Below the pieces are notes generated by a model. The model saw only the letters and a program-made list of their open reading frames with translations, was not told the origin of the DNA and did not search any database. DNA of 26,269 bases from a virus (taxonomy: Duplodnaviria > Caudoviricetes). Below are positions 23,320 through 26,269 of this stretch, in pieces (within the stretch, counting starts at the first letter, position 1; each line of letters opens with the position of its first letter). The translations under genes and the position numbers were made by a program. The stretch spans positions 1 to 26,269 of IMG/VR virus record IMGVR_UViG_3300010362_000093; one strand, 5' to 3'.

Positions 23320-24320
23320 CGACCGCCGCCGCGCTCCGTCCCGACGAGATCGCCGCGGGGATCCTCCGCTCCTATGAGCGCTGGCTCCTCCGCGACGAAT
23401 ACACCGCGACGCCCCGCGCGACCGTGTGGGCGTCCGCCCGCCGCGAGTGTGAGCGGCGGATGGCGCTCGAACGCACGGTGCCCGATCAACAACTCCCGTT
23501 CGACGCGAACGCGAAGGCGCGGCTCCGGCGCGGCGCGGACCGTGAACGGGATCTCCTCATCGACTTTGCGCGCGTCTCGCGCGACGCCGATCCGCCGTTC
23601 GAGGTGGTCGGTCAGCAAGAGCGGTTCGCGCTCCGCGGGCGCGGCGATCGCGGCGAGGTAATCTCCGGCCGCGTCGACGCGCGGTTGCGCGTGGGGGACA
23701 TCTCCGCGCCGATCGAAGTCAAGGCGTGGTCGCCCTACATCGTCGATCGGATCGAGCGCTTCGAGGATCTCTTCGCGAATCCGTGGACGCGGAGCGGCGG
23801 CTATCAACTGCTCTCGTATCTGTGGGGGAGCGCGACGCCGTTCGGGTTCCTCCTCCTCGATCGGTCGGGCCTGCCGCTCCTCCTCCCGGTCGAACTCGAC
23901 GCGAACCTCGATCGGATGGAGGACTTCCTCGCGCGCGCCGAACGCGTGCACGACCACGTCGCCGCGGGGACGCTCCCGCCGTTTCACGACGACGCGGCGG
24001 AGTGCAAGCGGTGCCCGTTCTACGGGACCGCGTGTCACCCGCCGGTCGCCGCGACGCCGACCGAGATCCTCGTCGATCCGATCCTCGAAGCGAACCTCGA
24101 ACGCTGGCACGCGACGAAGGCCGCGGGCCGCGAGTGGGCGGATCTCGACGCGCTGATCAAGCGGCAACTCCGCGGCGTCGAGTCCGGGATCGTCGGGCAC
24201 TTCGCGATCGCGGGCACGTGGGGCAAGTCAACGCGCGTCGATCTCCCGGCCGACGTGCGGAAGCACTACACCGTGACCGACCCGCGCGGGCGGTTCACGC
24301 TGGAGATCACGAGGTTGTAG
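23316..24320 (+). CDS. Cas4-like PD-(D/E)XK exonuclease
   Basis: N-terminal Cys (RRECERR), ISGRVD...IEVK, QLLSY and C-terminal ECKRCPFYGTAC, the Fe-S-type ligand pattern. Confidence 0.82.
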   Translation: MTTAAALRPDEIAAGILRSYERWLLRDEYTATPRATVWASARRECERRMALERTVPDQQLPFDANAKARLRRGADRERDLLIDFARVSRDADPPFEVVGQQERFALRGRGDRGEVISGRVDARLRVGDISAPIEVKAWSPYIVDRIERFEDLFANPWTRSGGYQLLSYLWGSATPFGFLLLDRSGLPLLLPVELDANLDRMEDFLARAERVHDHVAAGTLPPFHDDAAECKRCPFYGTACHPPVAATPTEILVDPILEANLERWHATKAAGREWADLDALIKRQLRGVESGIVGHFAIAGTWGKSTRVDLPADVRKHYTVTDPRGRFTLEITRL

Positions 24321-24322
24321 CC

Positions 24323-24898
24323 ATGGCGTGGGGACGACTACACGATCGTGCACTCGGCAACGTGAAGTTGCTCAAGCTCTCCGACGGCGCGTGGCGGATG
24401 TGGGGCTGCGCGCTGATCCACTGTCAAGACAATCTGACCGACGGGTTCGTCGACGCCGAAGTGATCGAGACGTTTCGCGTGCGCGCCAACCGCGCGGCCG
24501 TGATCCGCGAACTGACGCTGTCACGCGTTACGGGTAAGGCGCCGCTGTGGAAAGTGGTCCGGGGGGGCTACCAGATCCACGATTACCTAGACTGGAATCC
24601 GTCGGCGGCGTCGATCCGGAAATCGCGAGAACGTAACGCAAATCGTCAAAAACGCTGGCGCCGTAACGGCGTTACTAACGCAGTTAGTAGCCCGTCTCGT
24701 CACGCGAACCATATACCACTACCACTACCAAGTACTTCCTTCGGAAGTAATACGCGCGCGCGCGCGAAGAAGCGCGCAGGGCGCGCCTCGGAGTGGCTCG
24801 ACTCGATCGGCTACTGCTTTCACAAACCGCGGTGCACCGATAGCGACGTCTGTCGGAAGAAACGCGCTGCTGAAAAGAACGCGCAGCGAGGCGCCTGA
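24323..24898 (+). CDS. Phage replication initiator / replisome organiser-like protein
   Basis: SD GAGG; MAW.RLHD...LSDGAWRMW...TDGFV...GYQIHDYLDWNPS...RERNANRQKRWR followed by a low-complexity, repeat-containing linker. Confidence 0.7.
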   Translation: MAWGRLHDRALGNVKLLKLSDGAWRMWGCALIHCQDNLTDGFVDAEVIETFRVRANRAAVIRELTLSRVTGKAPLWKVVRGGYQIHDYLDWNPSAASIRKSRERNANRQKRWRRNGVTNAVSSPSRHANHIPLPLPSTSFGSNTRARAKKRAGRASEWLDSIGYCFHKPRCTDSDVCRKKRAAEKNAQRGA

Positions 24899-25296
24899 TG
24901 CAACGGTGCCTCTTCTGCGGCGGCGACGCGAGCGCACCGGATCACGCGACCCGGTGTGACGGTCGACAGGGCGCGATCGAAGCGACGGTCGCCGAACCGG
25001 ATCTCTCCGGCATGTTTCACCGGTCCGATCCGTCGACGTCGATCGACGCCGCGCGCACGATCGAACGCCGTCGGACCGAACTCCACGAACGCGTGCTCGT
25101 TGCGTTCCGCGAACACGGTCCGATGACCGACGCCGAACTCGAAGCGCTCCCCGAGTTCGATCGCTACGGGCCGTCGACGATCCGCAAGCGCCGCTCCGAA
25201 CTCTATCAAGCGTCACAACTCGTCGTCGTCGGCGAGCGCCGCAACGACCGCCACTGCCGGATGCTCGTCTGGTCCGTCCCGCCGGAGGCCGCATGA
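24898..25296 (+). CDS. Hypothetical protein with probable winged HTH
   Basis: [12 protein letters not shown]...GPMTDAEL...[10 protein letters not shown]; N-terminal CLFC. Confidence 0.7.
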   Translation: MQRCLFCGGDASAPDHATRCDGRQGAIEATVAEPDLSGMFHRSDPSTSIDAARTIERRRTELHERVLVAFREHGPMTDAELEALPEFDRYGPSTIRKRRSELYQASQLVVVGERRNDRHCRMLVWSVPPEAA

Positions 25297-25745
25297 GCAA
25301 TCAAGCCTTGCTCTTCGCGCTGCGACGACAGGCGACCCGCGGGACGCGGCGTTCGCTCTCCATGGTCGATGCGCTCGACGCTGCGAAGTTCCTCGCATGG
25401 GAGACGGAGTTCGTGTTCGCGCCGCCGCGCCGCTGGCGGTTCGACTTCGCGTGGCCCGCGTTCCGGATCGCGCTCGAAGTCGAGGGCGGCGTGTTCGGTC
25501 GGATGCTCACGATCGAGAGCGGCCACGAAACCCGCGCCGGTCAACGCGTCGAGATCGCGCACGGCACGCGTGTGCGGGCGGGCGGGCGCCACAACGACGG
25601 CCGCGGCATGGAGAAGGATCTCGAAAAATACAACCACGCGGCGATCTGCGGATGGGCGGTGCTGCGCGTCACGACACGAATGATCCGCGACGGCGAAGCG
25701 ATCGCAGTGCTGCGCGCAGCGTTCGCGGCGCGAGGGCTGGAGTGA
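25293..25745 (+). CDS. PD-(D/E)XK nuclease (DUF559/Vsr-like phage family)
   Basis: [19 protein letters not shown]...GRH...DLEKYN.A...GWAVLR. Confidence 0.82.
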   Translation: MSNQALLFALRRQATRGTRRSLSMVDALDAAKFLAWETEFVFAPPRRWRFDFAWPAFRIALEVEGGVFGRMLTIESGHETRAGQRVEIAHGTRVRAGGRHNDGRGMEKDLEKYNHAAICGWAVLRVTTRMIRDGEAIAVLRAAFAARGLE

Positions 25746-26242
25746 TGCAGGGCACGTTGTTCGACGGCGTATCGAGCACTCCTCGCAAGCGGCGCCTCTC
25801 CGCCATCTCCGACGCAGACAGAAGGGATCGCAAACGGCAGGAACGACGTGCTTACAAGGCTCGGCATCCCGACAGGGTGCGGGCCTCTGCGCGTGTTTCG
25901 AGTCGCAAATACAAAGCGCTGCATCCCGACAAGGTGGCCGCGCAGCGCCGCAGCCACGCCGCGCGACATCGCGAACAGACTGCCGCTCGGCGACGTCGAC
26001 GCGTGTATGGGCTCACGCACGACGAATACGAACGCCTACTGTGCGCTCAAGGTGGATGCTGCGCGATCTGCCTCACGCACCTCGCCGACAGACCGCGACG
26101 GCCGCACGTCGATCACGATCACGCGACCGGGCGTGTGCGCGGCCTGTTGTGCCATGCGTGCAATGTCGGTATCGGGCAACTAGGCGACGATCCGCGCCGA
26201 CTCGTCGCGGCAATCGCCTATCTGCAACGAGGACTCGAATGA
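25745..26242 (+). CDS. Endonuclease VII-family (His-Me finger) nuclease
   Basis: TGATG coupling; [19 protein letters not shown]...[23 protein letters not shown]. Confidence 0.9.
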   Translation: MQGTLFDGVSSTPRKRRLSAISDADRRDRKRQERRAYKARHPDRVRASARVSSRKYKALHPDKVAAQRRSHAARHREQTAARRRRRVYGLTHDEYERLLCAQGGCCAICLTHLADRPRRPHVDHDHATGRVRGLLCHACNVGIGQLGDDPRRLVAAIAYLQRGLE

Positions 26243-26268
26243 CGACGACGGCGCCGAAGAAGCCGAGC
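26239..26268 (+). CDS. Start of the next gene (truncated by window end)
   Basis: SD GAGGA; ATGA overlap with the previous stop; [10 protein letters not shown]. Confidence 0.5.
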   Translation, partial: MTTTAPKKPS

Positions 26269-26269
26269 A

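Larger units (their letters stand above)
1..26269. mobile_element. Temperate siphophage genome segment, apparently in the non-integrated (attP) configuration
   Basis: Structural, integration, immunity and replication modules are contiguous, and no host genes are seen. Confidence 0.9.

Noticed and set aside
23316-24320. CRISPR-Cas interpretation of the Cas4-like gene
   Set aside because: No repeat-spacer array or other cas genes were seen; solo Cas4-like exonucleases are common in phage recombination modules.

Overview
GC-rich temperate siphophage (HK97/lambdoid organisation), read as one continuous phage sequence with no host genes. 1-15455 (+): head-tail module, comprising the end of an S49 protease, HK97-fold capsid, connectors, tail tube, frameshifted tail chaperone, tape measure, a large LamG/FN3/tail-tip protein and a modular tail fibre. 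15473-19460 (-): a Xis-like HTH gene, an apparently intact attP, a tyrosine integrase, four unknown genes and an XRE repressor. 19794-end (+): Cro-like and HTH_17 regulators, a putative annealing protein, a PKD/HYR protein, a Cas4-like exonuclease, a replication initiator and two nucleases. The most unusual signals are non-coding: (1) an integrase leader built like the IncI/IncB plasmid leader-peptide/pseudoknot/antisense-RNA switch; (2) a chromosomal-type parS site beside attP with no parAB in the window; (3) a highly ordered attP repeat architecture; (4) a GCGTA-N4-TACGC operator shared by the immunity switch and the int promoter. A two-domain tail module also occurs twice in reciprocal fusion states. 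All family calls are from motif recognition by eye; no database searches or folding programs were run.
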